From: Octopus bimaculoides
Taxonomy: Eukaryota
NCBI RefSeq assembly: GCF_001194135.2
Contig: NC_069000.1
Location: 32,835,534-32,867,546 of the forward strand
Length of the DNA: 32,013 nt
Direction: 5' to 3'
Shown: piece by piece, positions 1 through 11,517 of the stretch
Position numbering within the stretch: the stretch's first letter is position 1
Layout of the letters: every line of letters starts with the position of its first letter
Position numbers and translations under genes: made by a program
Notes under the pieces: generated by a model
Databases searched by the model: none
What the model was told of the DNA's origin: nothing
Seen by the model: the letters and a program-made list of their open reading frames with translations, nothing else

Positions 1-160
1 TCCCGATGACCGTTTGTTATCTCCCCCTTTCTTAGCTCTCCTGAAATAAGAATTTCTAACTTCCGGTCAGTCATTGTTATGATCGGCCATTATTATGATT
101 GACCGTTGACTGAACACTATTCAATTTTTTTTCTCCGTGTTTTTCTCCTTGTCTCCGTAT

Positions 161-197
161 TCTTTCTGTTGAAGAGCGTAGCTCGAAACGTCAAAGA
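161..197 (+). ncRNA. Hammerhead-like motif (variant core CUGUUGA), probable terminus of a second PLE family
   Basis: ucuuu-CUGUUGA-a-GAGC gua GCUC-GAAACGUC-aaaga: 5-bp stem I, 4-bp stem II and palindromic ACGU stem III as in minimal PLE hammerheads. A6 is U. Confidence 0.5.
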
Positions 198-444
198 CTT
201 TCCGTATTCCCGAGCGTCATACTAATATATACTTTTGTTATTTACACCACCTGTCCTCGTCTGTTGTTATTTTTTGTATATTCTCCCATATATACACACA
301 CATACATTCATACATACGCCCATATGCACAAACGTACACGAAATGTAAAAATATGAATATTGATTGAGAGATCGATCCATCTGTAGAGGGACAGATACAC
401 GTGCTGTTATGTGTGTGTGTGTGTTTATGAGTGAACAGGCATTA

Positions 445-515
445 TATAATATGTATATATCTCAACATATATATATGTATATATGTATATACACATATAT
501 GTATGTATATACACA

Positions 516-572
<57 letters not shown>
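445..572. repeat. (TA)n/(TATG)n microsatellite
   Basis: Direct inspection; flanks a gap. Confidence 0.95.
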
Positions 573-1212
573 NNNNNNNNNNNNNNNNNNNNNNNNNNNN
601 NNNNNNNNNNNNNNNNNNNNNNNNNNNNNNNNNNNNNNNNNNNNNNNNNNNNNNNNNNNNNNNNNNNNNNNNNNNNNNNNNNNNNNNNNNNNNNNNNNNN
701 NNNNNNNNNNNNNNNNNNNNNNNNNNNNNNNNNNNNNNNNNNNNNNNNNNNNNNNNNNNNNNNNNNNNNNNNNNNNNNNNNNNNNNNNNNNNNNNNNNCA
801 GTAACGTTTTTCATCATCTTGAAGGATGGTGTGAAAAAAGTGGAAATCCATTAACAACAAACTGATTAATGATTTTCTAATATATCATGTATGAAATTTC
901 AGGTTCGTTACTCATTAGCTAATTAATTAATTAACAACTGATTAGATTGATCTAATCAACGAATCTACGAAATATCGTTATCGAGTTTGGTGCAGTTCTT
1001 CAGAACAACTAAATATAACAGAATATATTTTATCTTGTTATTAGCTTCTCTTAGCACTTGTTCGCGTATGTCGATGTGCCTCTGTGTCTATGAGTGGGTG
1101 TATGTATATACAGCGTATGCATATATATGTATGTGCGTGTCTGTGTGTGAGTATCAGTGTGTGTGTCTCTGCGATCGATAATATATATATATACATGTGT
1201 ATATATATGAGT

Positions 1213-1268
<56 letters not shown>

Positions 1269-2100
1269 GTGTATACATCCATGTATGTATGTTAGCATGC
1301 ATGCATATACCATGAAATAGCAAAATGAATAAAAATCGCAACAAGTGACATGTTTTCACAATGATATTGTTAGTTTCAAGCTTGGAAATTTTTTTTATAA
1401 AAAGTGGGAAAAGTGACTTCAATGCTGTGGACATGGCGTCTTTCGTCAGGAAAGGAAATAAAGAGAGACGCGAAATGTGTTGCAAATATGAGAAGAGAAA
1501 TTGTGGTTAGCGGCCGGAGAGGAATGCAGTTCTATCGGGAAGAATTTAGAAGATTGTAAAAGATTGGGAGATAAAGCATCTCCCCACCTTTTTATCTGTA
1601 TATGAGAGGTGTTGGGTACAGCCGGTTGGCTGGAGGTGAATGTGTTGAAAGCGATGCGCAGCCATGAAGCATTAAAACAAAAAGGGAAAACTTAACAGAA
1701 AATGGTGTAGTAGGTAACAGAAAAACAAATTAAAGTATAAACGAGGAAGAAAGTTTACAACGTGTGTAAAGGTGGGAAAGAAATATGTGGAAAAATACAG
1801 TAAACAGTTAGGTGAATAATAGAAGAAGACTGTTGGGCGTGAACGAGTATGTAAAACGGCAGAGAGTGAAGGAAATTATACATATATAAAAGGTACGTGA
1901 ATATAGAAAAAGGTGAGAGCGGCAATATAGAGAGAGGATTATATAAAATATAGAGAGAAGTAATGTAAAATTAAAGATGCTATAAAAACTGCAGAGAAAT
2001 AGAAAAACAGATACAAACCCAGAGAAAAGCTTGTAGTGAATAAAATGGAATAAGATGGATTGTGTTGAAAGGCAGAAATGATAGAATCAGAATGGTTGTT

Positions 2101-2193
2101 GTATGTATGTATGTATGTATGTATGTATGCATGTACGTATGTACGTATGTATGTATGTATGTATGTATTCATGTATGTATGTATGTATGTATG
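2101..2193. repeat. (GTAT)n microsatellite
   Basis: Direct inspection. Confidence 0.95.
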
Positions 2194-2621
2194 TTTAAAT
2201 GCATTGTCTCTCAAAAAACCTGCAAGTGACGTGAAGGATTGCAGTGGCACTTGAATATCGATAATAAACAAACAGAAAATGGAGCAATACTGAAATAGTT
2301 CATTGCTGCAATATATGTGATCAGCTCTTCATACGCTTTTCAAGGCTCAAGATTCATTTAAGATCGCACGCTAGAAAAGTGCAATTGTAAGTAGAAGAAG
2401 GGGTCAAACCCTATAAGAAGCAGACATCTACTACGTATGTATGTATGATTTTTCTTTGAGTTTGATTAATTTCTTGAGAATGTTGAAGCCTTTCGGTCAC
2501 AAATTGACTTTTTGAGTTAAGACAGTTCCCAGTTTTTGTACATTTGTGGCTAAGTTTGCGTGTTGGTTGAACTGGCGAAGCATATACCCAAGTTGATGCA
2601 TCTATTCACATCTATTCACAT

Positions 2622-2740
2622 AAAGTGACTTTCTCGGATGAATCCAGATTTGCATTGTTTTAAGACAGTGGACGTGTTTGGATCTGGAGGCTTCCCAATT
2701 CGATCCGAGGCGAGTTGTCTTGCCTGCCTATGACTGAGCA
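2622..2740 (+). mobile_element. Tc1/mariner transposase fragment (first catalytic Asp region)
   Basis: Translates KVTFSDESRFALF*DSGRVWIWRLP, the Tc1 FSDES motif. Runs into the gap at 2746. Confidence 0.75.
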
Positions 2741-3452
2741 TATATNNNNNNNNNNNNNNNNNNNNNNNNNNNNNNNNNNNNNNNNNNNNNNNNNNNNNNN
2801 NNNNNNNNNNNNNNNNNNNNNNNNNNNNNNNNNNNNNNNNNNNNNNNNNNNNNNNNNNNNNNNNNNNNNNNNNNNNNNNNNNNNNNNNNNNNNNNNNNNN
2901 NNNNNNNNNNNNNNNNNNNNNNNNNNNNNNNNNNNNNNNNNNNNNNNNNNNNNNNNNNNNNNNNNNNNNNNNNNNNNNNNNNNNNNNNNNNNNNNNNNNN
3001 NNNNNNNNNNNNNNNNNNNNNNNNNNNNNNNNNNNNNNNNNNNNNNNNNNNNNNNNNNNNNNNNNNNNNNNNNNNNNNNNNNNNNNNNNNNNNNNNNNNN
3101 NNNNNNNNNNNNNNNNNNNNNNNNNNNNNNNNNNNNNNNNNNNNNNNNNNNNNNNNNNNNNNNNNNNNNNNNNNNNNNNNNNNNNNNNNNNNNNNNNNNN
3201 NNNNNNNNNNNNNNNNNNNNNNNNNNNNNNNNNNNNNNNNNNNNNNNNNNNNNNNNNNNNNNNNNNNNNNNNNNNNNNNNNNNNNNNNNNNNNNNNNNNN
3301 NNNNNNNNNNNNNNNNNNNNNNNNNNNATATATATATATATATATATACAGGCGCGTTTACGTCTGTATGTGTATGTACATGTGCTTATTCACATGCGTG
3401 TCCTTTACCAACGAACAATTAGTTTTTCCCCTTACTCTCTCTCAGACACACA

Positions 3453-3490
<38 letters not shown>

Positions 3491-4315
3491 GTATAAACAC
3501 ACACAAACACACACACACATACACACGCACACATACATTATATATAACATCGCACACCCTATGGAAATGGAATGATTGAGAGGGAGTAAGAGATAGCAGA
3601 ACGGAGCGGTGTATAGAGAGCATCTTTATTAAGCTCCTAAGCCTCATCAGCAACTGCACTTATCGTTCTTCAGACATCACTTGACCTATTCAATATGTCT
3701 CTCCAACCAACGCCATTTTGAAGTGAGCAATACATTTAGGCAATTCGCAACCAATTTATACAATGTGGCTTTCTAACGCTGCAACTTAGCTCGACAAACT
3801 ATTAAGAAACGCTCAACCGACGTATGTTACTACTTCACATATTGTCTCCACTATAGCAATATAACTACATAAAATATCTTGAACAAATTACATCTCACTC
3901 TGTTATTTGTGATACGCTTTTAATGTCGCTGACATTAATATAATTATTTTACGTCACGTTTCGAGCTGATACATAAGTTTCAATACAATGGTTACTACAT
4001 TGGCTATTTAGGCTTTTGTTACTGTACTTTCGTAATTTTTATTCGTTTGTTTGTTCGTGGAATTTTTTGTTTTGTGTTGTTTTGTTCTTTTTGCCATTGA
4101 AGTTACTATGAGGAGAGAAATGTGATTATTTTCGTAAACCGGCCTCTGTGGGGAGTCGAACCTATTGAGAAAATGTTTGTTGAATAGAGACTTATTTTAA
4201 TCATTTAAACTATAGAAATAGTGTCACATGACGAAGTGGATGGAAATCAAATGGAAACTGCATACAAGGATGAAAGTCAAAACAATGTGCTTCAACCTCC
4301 CACGTCATTATTACA

Positions 4316-4316
<1 letters not shown>

Positions 4317-4374
<58 letters not shown>

Positions 4375-4451
4375 NNNNNNNNNNNNNNNNNNNNNNNNNN
4401 NNNNNNNNNNNNNNNNNNNNNNNNNNNNNNNNNNNNNNNNNNNNNNNNNNN

Positions 4452-4501
<50 letters not shown>
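4317..4501. repeat. (AG)n microsatellite spanning a gap
   Basis: Direct inspection. Confidence 0.95.
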
Positions 4502-4505
<4 letters not shown>

Positions 4506-4685
4506 CGTCGAGCTTGCAGAGTCATTAGCATACCTGGAAAAAACTCTTGTGGTATTTCGTCAACCTTTACGTTATGAGTTCAAATTCCGACGAGGTTGTC
4601 TTTGCTTTTCGTCGTTTCAGGATCGATAAAATAAGTGCCAGGTAAACATTGGGGTCGATGTTATCGATTTACCCCCATCCTGAAT
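4502..4685 (+). mobile_element. tRNA-derived SINE, family A
   Basis: aaggcgtcgagcttgcagagtcattagc...gagttcaaattcc (B-box)...gtcgatgttatcgatttaccccc. Homologous to the copies at 19632 and 22057. Confidence 0.8.
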
Positions 4686-4716
4686 TTGTAACTATTATTA
4701 CAAAAGAGAATACATA

Positions 4717-4925
4717 ACGGCTCGCTGGCAGAATAGCTAGCAATCAGGACACAATGCTTAACAGCATTTCGTTCGTTTTACGTTCCGATTTCAATTGCCT
4801 CTGAGGTCGACGTCGACCTTCATCCCTTCCAATCGGTGAAGTAAGTACCAGTCGATCACTGGAGTTGATGTAAACGACGTATTTCCTTTCCCGAAATTGT
4901 TGGCTTGTGTAAAAATTTGAAACCA
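4717..4925 (+). mobile_element. tRNA-derived SINE, family A (older copy)
   Basis: gctggcagaatagctagc...gaggtcgac...taagtaccagt...gatgtaaacgac...aaattgttggcttgtgtaaaaatttgaaacc. Confidence 0.7.
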
Positions 4926-5039
4926 TTATTATAAGAGAGAAAATAAAGCAGTGATCTGGAACAATCCTTAGCGCGCCAGTTGAAACGCCCTTACGCATTT
5001 TGTCCTGCGTGCAAACGATTCTGACAACTCGCCGTTATA

Positions 5040-5170
5040 TCTCCATATCTTTAAATACCGCAGAGGTTGATTTTGCATGTCATCCGTTCAGGGTCGACGG
5101 AATTAGCACCAGTTAAATACTAGAATCAATGTAATCGACTATCGCTGGCCAATCCCTGGAATTTCAGTAG
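5040..5170 (+). mobile_element. SINE family A, partial
   Basis: gaggttgattttgcatgtcatccgttcagggtcgac...caatgtaatcgact. Confidence 0.55.
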
Positions 5171-5689
5171 AAACGATTGTTACAAAAGAGAAAGTTCTGT
5201 TCTCTCGTTCACAATCAGAAAGAGAATATAAACGGCAAAACAAACAGCAGCAAAAACAGCGATCAGAAAAAACAACAACGATATTGATAACATCATCACT
5301 ACCACCACCATCGGCAACAGTAGCGCTGAAACACTACTGATATAACAACAGTACTAACTGCTAGATCAGATTTTATATAACCGCAAAATAACCTCCATAA
5401 TTTCCATTACGCTTGCCATTACTAACAACACCATAGACAAATTACTGACATTCGTCAAAACCTCACAGTCGTGGGCAGAGCACTCTCTTTAAATGGAAAA
5501 AAAAACTGGCCTAAGTACACGGCCTGAATTTCACAATCGGAAATATTATCCTTGTCAAAAGAAGCAAGTCAAAATACGTACTCTCACCATAGATGTGTAG
5601 ACAGAAAAACTGTCTGAAATGACGTGAAGTTCTATATGGCAAGTCAAAATTCTCTCCTAGAACTTCTGCTAAAACAAACAATACTGTGC

Positions 5690-7030
5690 AATCAATTTAT
5701 AGCATCAATTGAACGTTTTATCCAAAATCCCTATATACGATCAAGACCCGCTACTTTCCAATTGATCATCTTTTTGCTCATACTTTTGATATTGTCCTCC
5801 CAGAGGAGCCATTCAGATGCAGTATTGTGCTGTTCATGTTTACTCTATATCTCACCCCAAAAATGTCGAATTTGATTGCATCAGAAACTAATCTTTTGCA
5901 TGCTAAATCATCGTTAATTTCTTGATATAATAATTTTGGTGGATGCTAAATAGTCAGTTTTGCCGGTATTGTTTAATCCATTGCTCAAACCTAGTTAGTG
6001 TTGTTTTCTTGGCAAGTATGGCCTGCTTTAGCTTTTCATTTAAAACCATTAGTCCTTTTGTATCAACACCCCACTTCTTCAAATTTTCAAACTTACGATT
6101 ATTCTTCAATAGCCCTTTTCTTTTCCTGTCAAGTACTGACACTGCACTATTCGGGGAGCTAATATATTCCGATATCTCCATTTCCACCAAGGTTGTTTGT
6201 TTCCTTTCGTTTCCGTCAATTTTCTGTTCTCATTGATCTTAAATCCCGTCCTTTCTGAAACAGTCCTACCTGCAGCGTTGACGAGTTTATTTGTTCGTCT
6301 GATGTTCTTTGCTTCAATGTATTTCAATACATTATTGACTTTACTTGTTTCTTAATTTAATCTCCATTGGTTAGCCTTTTTGACCTCACACATAAATTCT
6401 GTCTCTTCTGCATTTAATAGATCGAAAGCAGCGTCTAGTCTTCATAGTTTAAATGAGCAGTATAATAGTGTGAGCAATTGTCCATTTCTTCCATTAAACT
6501 ACTGTCATTTCTCACATGCGCAACGTTACCAGATACCCTTATTTTGATAGTTTCCGACTCCAATTTTAATAACCGTCGATGTCTTCGTATTGCTCTTGCT
6601 TAATCACATAATCTCTGTTCAGTAATTTCAAACGAGTCCATCGCCTTCCGTTCACTGTGCATTCGTTGTTTGTATCATCTGATTTGCATCTACTAGAATG
6701 CTTCGATAGTAACACTCTATAATTATCGTGTTTACTTGCTTAGCCTACTTTTTTTGTCTCGCAGCAATACTAGCAGTTGCTGTATTACGACCAGGCCTAC
6801 TCTACTGCACAACGGGAGACCTGCAGAATGTGGCACCTTCCCAAGTGGATCCAGTCCCGTTCACACCGTTACCGTTTGCTGTTTTCCTTGGCAATTTCAT
6901 TCATAAACGAGTGCATTTTTAGAATATCACCAACCAGTATTGAGACACCATCTTTAGCAAGATTCACCACCAAGGCGGAGACGCCTTGCTCACCTGGTTT
7001 TGATATCAGATTGGTTCTTCTAGCTTAATT
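5690..7030 (-). mobile_element. R4/Dong-clade non-LTR retrotransposon, decayed N-terminal (pre-RT) portion
   Basis: Minus-strand motifs in order: IIECYYRS, FEITEQRLCD*ARAIRR (6603-6623), TNKLVNAAGRTVSERTG, QPWWKWR, LKQAILAKKTTLTRFEQWIKQYRQN*LF, FWGEI*SKHEQHNTASEWL, NWKVAGLDRI*GFWIK (5716-5730). The outer boundaries are approximate. Confidence 0.85.
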
Positions 7031-7362
7031 GTCATTCAAAGCCAACAAGCTTTAGATGGCAATCAGCTATTGGATTGCCGTCTATCGTCATTTCATTACG
7101 TATTGGCTTTCGATCTATTGATGTCGAAGTTAAAAATGATGATGGGAATGGTTTTGTGTGGGAGGGAACTGCGTCGGCGTATGTGGAAACCGTTGAGTAA
7201 TGATGTCGAAGGCTACCAATGTTATATATCGAAATTTCAACAATTCCCAAATTTTGAACACAGTGAGAGATTAAGAAACCAAAGAGCGACCGGAAGTGAA
7301 ACACCGCTGAAACAATCACCACCGAGACAATAATAACACAAAAAAAATAAACAGTAAAAATA

Positions 7363-7416
<54 letters not shown>

Positions 7417-7950
7417 GTGGTNNNNNNNNNNNNNNNNNNNNNNNNNNNNNNNNNNNNNNNNNNNNNNNNNNNNNNNNNNNNNNNNNNNNNNNNNNNNNNN
7501 NNNNNNNNNNNNNNNNNNNNNNNNNNNNNNNNNNNNNNNNNNNNNNNNNNNNNNNNNNNNNNNNNNNNNNNNNNNNNNNNNNNNNNNNNNNNNNNNNNNN
7601 NNNNNNNNNNNNNNNNNNNNNNNNNNNNNNNNNNNNNNNNNNNNNNNNNNNNNNNNNNNNNNNNNNNNNNNNNNNNNNNNNNNNNNNNNNNNNNNNNNNN
7701 NNNNNNNNNNNNNNNNNNNNNNNNNNNNNNNNNNNNNNNNNNNNNNNNNNNNNNNNNNNNNNNNNNNNNNNNNNNNNNNNNNNNNNNNNNNNNNNNNNNN
7801 NNNNNNNNNNNNNNNNNNNNNNNNNNNNNNNNNNNNNNNNNNNNNNNNNNNNNNNNNNNNNNNNNNNNNNNNNNNNNNNNNNNNNNNNNNNNNNNNNNNN
7901 NNNNNNNNNNNNNNNNNNNNNNNNNNNNNNNNNNNNNNNNNNNNNNNNNN

Positions 7951-8017
7951 GAGGAGGAAGGGGAGGAGGAAGGGGAGGAGGAAGGGGAGGAGGAAGGGGA
8001 GGAGGAAGGGGAGGAGG
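7951..8017 (+). repeat. 12-bp minisatellite (GAGGAGGAAGGG) x5.5
   Basis: Direct inspection. Pure purine strand that continues into the gap. Confidence 0.95.
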
Positions 8018-8199
8018 CAGAATACTTTCAAAGTTTGGCACAAGTCTAATAATTTTTAGGGGACAGGGTAAGTTGAATATATCGCCCCAGTGCTCACCTG
8101 GTACATATTTGAACACCCGAGTCGTTTTTATTCGATGTACACCTACTTTGAATATCGCTGGACTTATGCCAAAGTTTTAAAGCATCGACATCATTACTT

Positions 8200-8202
<3 letters not shown>

Positions 8203-8262
<60 letters not shown>

Positions 8263-8355
8263 TTACTACTATGATTATTATCATAATAATCATCGTTATC
8301 ATCATCATCATCATCATCATCATCAACATCATCATCATCAACATCATCATCATCA
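8203..8355. repeat. Compound (CTA)n-(CAT)n microsatellite
   Basis: Direct inspection. Confidence 0.95.
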
Positions 8356-9026
8356 GTATGGTGTATTTATATGTTTAGTGTCACGCAAATTACCCAGACT
8401 AATACAGAGGATTTTTGTGTATAACACGTAACCATAGAATTTATGTAATGAAAGACATTACAAATGATTTTAAATTTTCTGGCAAATATTTCGACTCACC
8501 AGAAGATTTAATGAATAGACACGACCCGAGTAATTTTCAAGATGTATTTGTATACAAATCCTTGTGCATGAATATTCGATAACCAAAACGTATAATTTCA
8601 GAAGACGTGTACAGAAGTGTGAGTATTGGCGTACAAGTTGTATGAAATGTATGTATATATATACATACACATACACACACACACATACACACACACATAT
8701 ATATATACATTGAATAAAAGNNNNNNNNNNNNNNNNNNNNNNNNNNNNNNNNNNNNNNNNNNNNNNNNNNNNNNNNNNNNNNNNNNNNNNNNNNNNNNNN
8801 NNNNNNNNNNNNNNNNNNNNNNNNNNNNNNNNNNNNNNNNNNNNNNNNNNNNNNNNNNNNNNNNNNNNNNNNNNNNNNNNNNNNNNNNNNNNNNNNNNNN
8901 NNNNNNNNNNNNNNNNNNNNNNNNNNNNNNNNNNNNNTCTGCATAGGCATACATATATATCTAGTATATATATGTATATATACACACACACACACACGTC
9001 TGCACAGGCATACATATATGTTTATG

Positions 9027-9109
<83 letters not shown>

Positions 9110-9216
9110 ATATATATATATGCATGTGTGTGTGCGTGTTTGTGCCTGTTTGTGTGTGTGTGTGTGTGTGTCTGTGTGTGTCTGTGTATGTGTCTGTGTG
9201 TGTCTGTGTATGCATT

Positions 9217-9250
<34 letters not shown>

Positions 9251-9252
<2 letters not shown>

Positions 9253-9388
9253 AATACTAAATCTTAGAAATAAACGAGATGTGGTATTCACCCCAAGATT
9301 AAATTTAACACCCAATGATATCAATCTTAACATTATTTTCAACAGACGTCAATTTCCTGATCTTCCGTCTTTTGCTATGGCCATTAAC
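9251..9388 (+). mobile_element. Helitron (PIF1-like) helicase C-terminal fragment
   Basis: VVFTPRLNLTPNDINLNIIFNRRQFPDLPSFAMAIN matches IPRI-x-L-x-P-SD...RRQFP-x-x-x-FAMTINK of PIF1/Helitron helicases. Confidence 0.8.
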
Positions 9389-9534
9389 ACACAGCATATA
9401 TGTTCACTTTATTTTATAATCAATTTTAATATATTTAATTAAGAACGACATATTTGACGTTACCATAAATGGTGTAGTTATAATAGCAACTACATCAATA
9501 ACACTAATAATAATATCAATAATAATAATAATAA

Positions 9535-10318
9535 TTTCTTTTATTACTCATAGGTGCATAGATGAGGGAACATCGCTAGAACAGAAATTTTTTGTGGGGA
9601 TTTACATGAAGGATGGAGAGGAAGAAATAGAAAAGACGATGAAGTGTGACAAAGTATGTGATAACATAAATGATTCAGTCCCCGTTTATATAGGAGAAAC
9701 TCCAGTTAGAGTCAATCAAAGAACCCCACAGATGCAAGATTATCCTAATCCCCAAAGGTACGAACCCTCTTTTCTGCTCTCCAATCTATAAGCGTATAGA
9801 GAAAGGTTATTCATTCTAACTATTATTGCCAGTCATCCATCTTTTCACAAATTCGCTTACATATAGCACCTCCGCCTCCACCTTCACTTCCCTTTCCAAG
9901 GGGAACTTATGAAAGTCGACGAGAGGTTGACTAAAGAGGAAGGAGTCTTTCCTCAACCTTTCAACCACTTCCACCACACAACCTCTTTCGCTATAGTCAC
10001 TAGACAGAGCGACACCACCTGTCCTGCCTTGCTAAAGGTGGTTGATGGTGTGATCCTCACACTGGATTCCACCGATAGTCGAATTTGTCCCACGCATCAT
10101 AAGCGTTTTTCGACATAACTTCACAAGTGGGCAACAAGTGAATGCAAAACGGTTTTGTCGCTCGGGCACATCTCGGACACACCAGCCCGACAGCATTTCC
10201 GTACCTGTAGAGTTTATCTCGAACTAGCGATGCTCCTCGGTAGCACTACCAGATCAGGGGTTTCAGGATACTTATCTATGGTGGTATCGGGCCAGATATA
10301 GACCAGCTAGTTCATCCA

Positions 10319-10320
<2 letters not shown>
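9535..10320 (-). mobile_element. L1/Tx1-clade LINE, 5'-truncated 3' end (zinc knuckle, C-terminus, 3'UTR)
   Basis: DELAGL...CYRGASLVRDKLYRYGNAVGLVCPRC (CPRC at 10168-10179)...VRITPSTTFSKAGQVVSLCLVTIAKEVVWWKWLKG. AATAAA on the minus strand at 9540-9545, then (ATT)n. Confidence 0.75.
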
Positions 10321-10373
<53 letters not shown>

Positions 10374-10518
10374 GTAAAGACGAAGAGCGCGATTCGATTG
10401 TATAGATATTTTATTAGTTGAACAATATTTCAACAGTACGTCTGTCTTTGTCAAATAGAATCAGGCTCTTTGTCTTGACTATTTACCTTCGTGAAGAGTT
10501 ACGTCAATCATTTTAAAA

Positions 10519-10583
<65 letters not shown>

Positions 10584-10973
10584 GCAACTAACAACATCGA
10601 AAAATACCTCAGGAATGAGAATCCAGGTTCGAAATTTCCCCNNNNNNNNNNNNNNNNNNNNNNNNNNNNNNNNNNNNNNNNNNNNNNNNNNNNNNNNNNN
10701 NNNNNNNNNNNNNNNNNNNNNNNNNNNNNNNNNNNNNNNNNNNNNNNNNNAGGTATAATAAAAAATATTCAGACAAATACATAACAAAAACACCAGGACT
10801 TACAAATATATATAACATACAGAAAATTGCACTACTGGGTACTGCACACATTCTACGCAAAACACTTTTAATACAGTAAACATAAGAGCACCACAGCAAA
10901 CCACAGCACATACCCAAGGCGCACAGAGCTGCGCTCGGTAGTGAAGTGAAAGCACGTTATAAAAATAAAACTA

Positions 10974-11050
<77 letters not shown>

Positions 11051-11051
11051 G
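10319..11051. repeat. Cluster of three (AAT)n tracts (10319-10372, 10521-10580, 10979-11051) interleaved with LINE pieces
   Basis: Direct inspection. Confidence 0.95.
10751..10980 (+). mobile_element. R4/Dong-clade element 3' terminus ending in (TAA)n
   Basis: GIIKKYSDKYITKTPGLTNIYNIQKIALLGTAHILRKTL* is the typical C-terminus after the RLE domain. A short 3'UTR runs straight into a perfect (AAT)n tract. Confidence 0.85.
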
Positions 11052-11260
11052 GATGAGAAGCTAGAAAATAGTAAACCAGACATAACGATAGTAGACAAGG
11101 AAAAGCGAAGTTGCTTACTAATTGATCAATCAGGTCCGTTTCATTCCAGGATCGTAAAGAAATACGAGAGAAAATTAAGAATATACAATCTCTTAAAATT
11201 TGAAATTCTAGGGATTTTGGAGCATGGAAAGTGTAAAGTTTGTGCCTCTAATATGATGCA
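11052..11260 (+). mobile_element. Restriction-like endonuclease (PD-(D/E)xK) fragment of an R4-clade LINE
   Basis: DEKLENSKPDITIVDKEKRSCLLIDQSGPFHSRIVKK then, with frameshifts, EKIKNIQSLKFEI...IWSMESVKFVP. Matches RPD-x-D-x-P-x-K-x-K-Y of RLE LINEs. Confidence 0.8.
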
Positions 11261-11299
11261 TATGCTATTGATGATGATTAATATACGTCATTGTATTCA

Positions 11300-11517
11300 G
11301 GGCGGCGTGCTGGCAGAATCGTTAGCACACCGGGCAAAATGTTTAGCAGAATTTCGTCCGTCTTTACTTCCTGAGTTTTAAATCACGCCAAGGTCGACGC
11401 TGCTTTTATCCTCCTGGGGTCAATAAAATAAGTACCAGTTAAACACTGAGGTCGAAGTAATCGACTTAGACATTACCCCGAAATGTCTAGCCAATTGCTA
11501 AAAAATTAAAATCAATC
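11300..11517 (+). mobile_element. tRNA-derived SINE, family A
   Basis: ggcggcgtgctggcagaatcgttagcacaccgggcaaaatgtttagc...aataagtaccagtt...gtcgaagtaatcgactt. Confidence 0.85.

Noticed and set aside
4221-4320. ORF start MSHDEVDGNQMETAYKDESQ...
   Set aside because: Non-ATG start running into (AG)n, with no splice donor or homology.
7288-7297. ETS-like motif ACCGGAAGTG
   Set aside because: A single short motif with no CpG island, TSS or downstream exon support.
8410-8581. Protein-like stretch GFLCITRNHRIYVMKDITNDFKFSGKYFDSPEDL
   Set aside because: Weak splice signals, an in-frame stop shortly after, and no identifiable homology.
10590-10641. Short segment recalled as the lead-in to another PLE hammerhead repeat
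   Set aside because: The diagnostic part would lie in the N-gap, so it is not supportable from the visible sequence.
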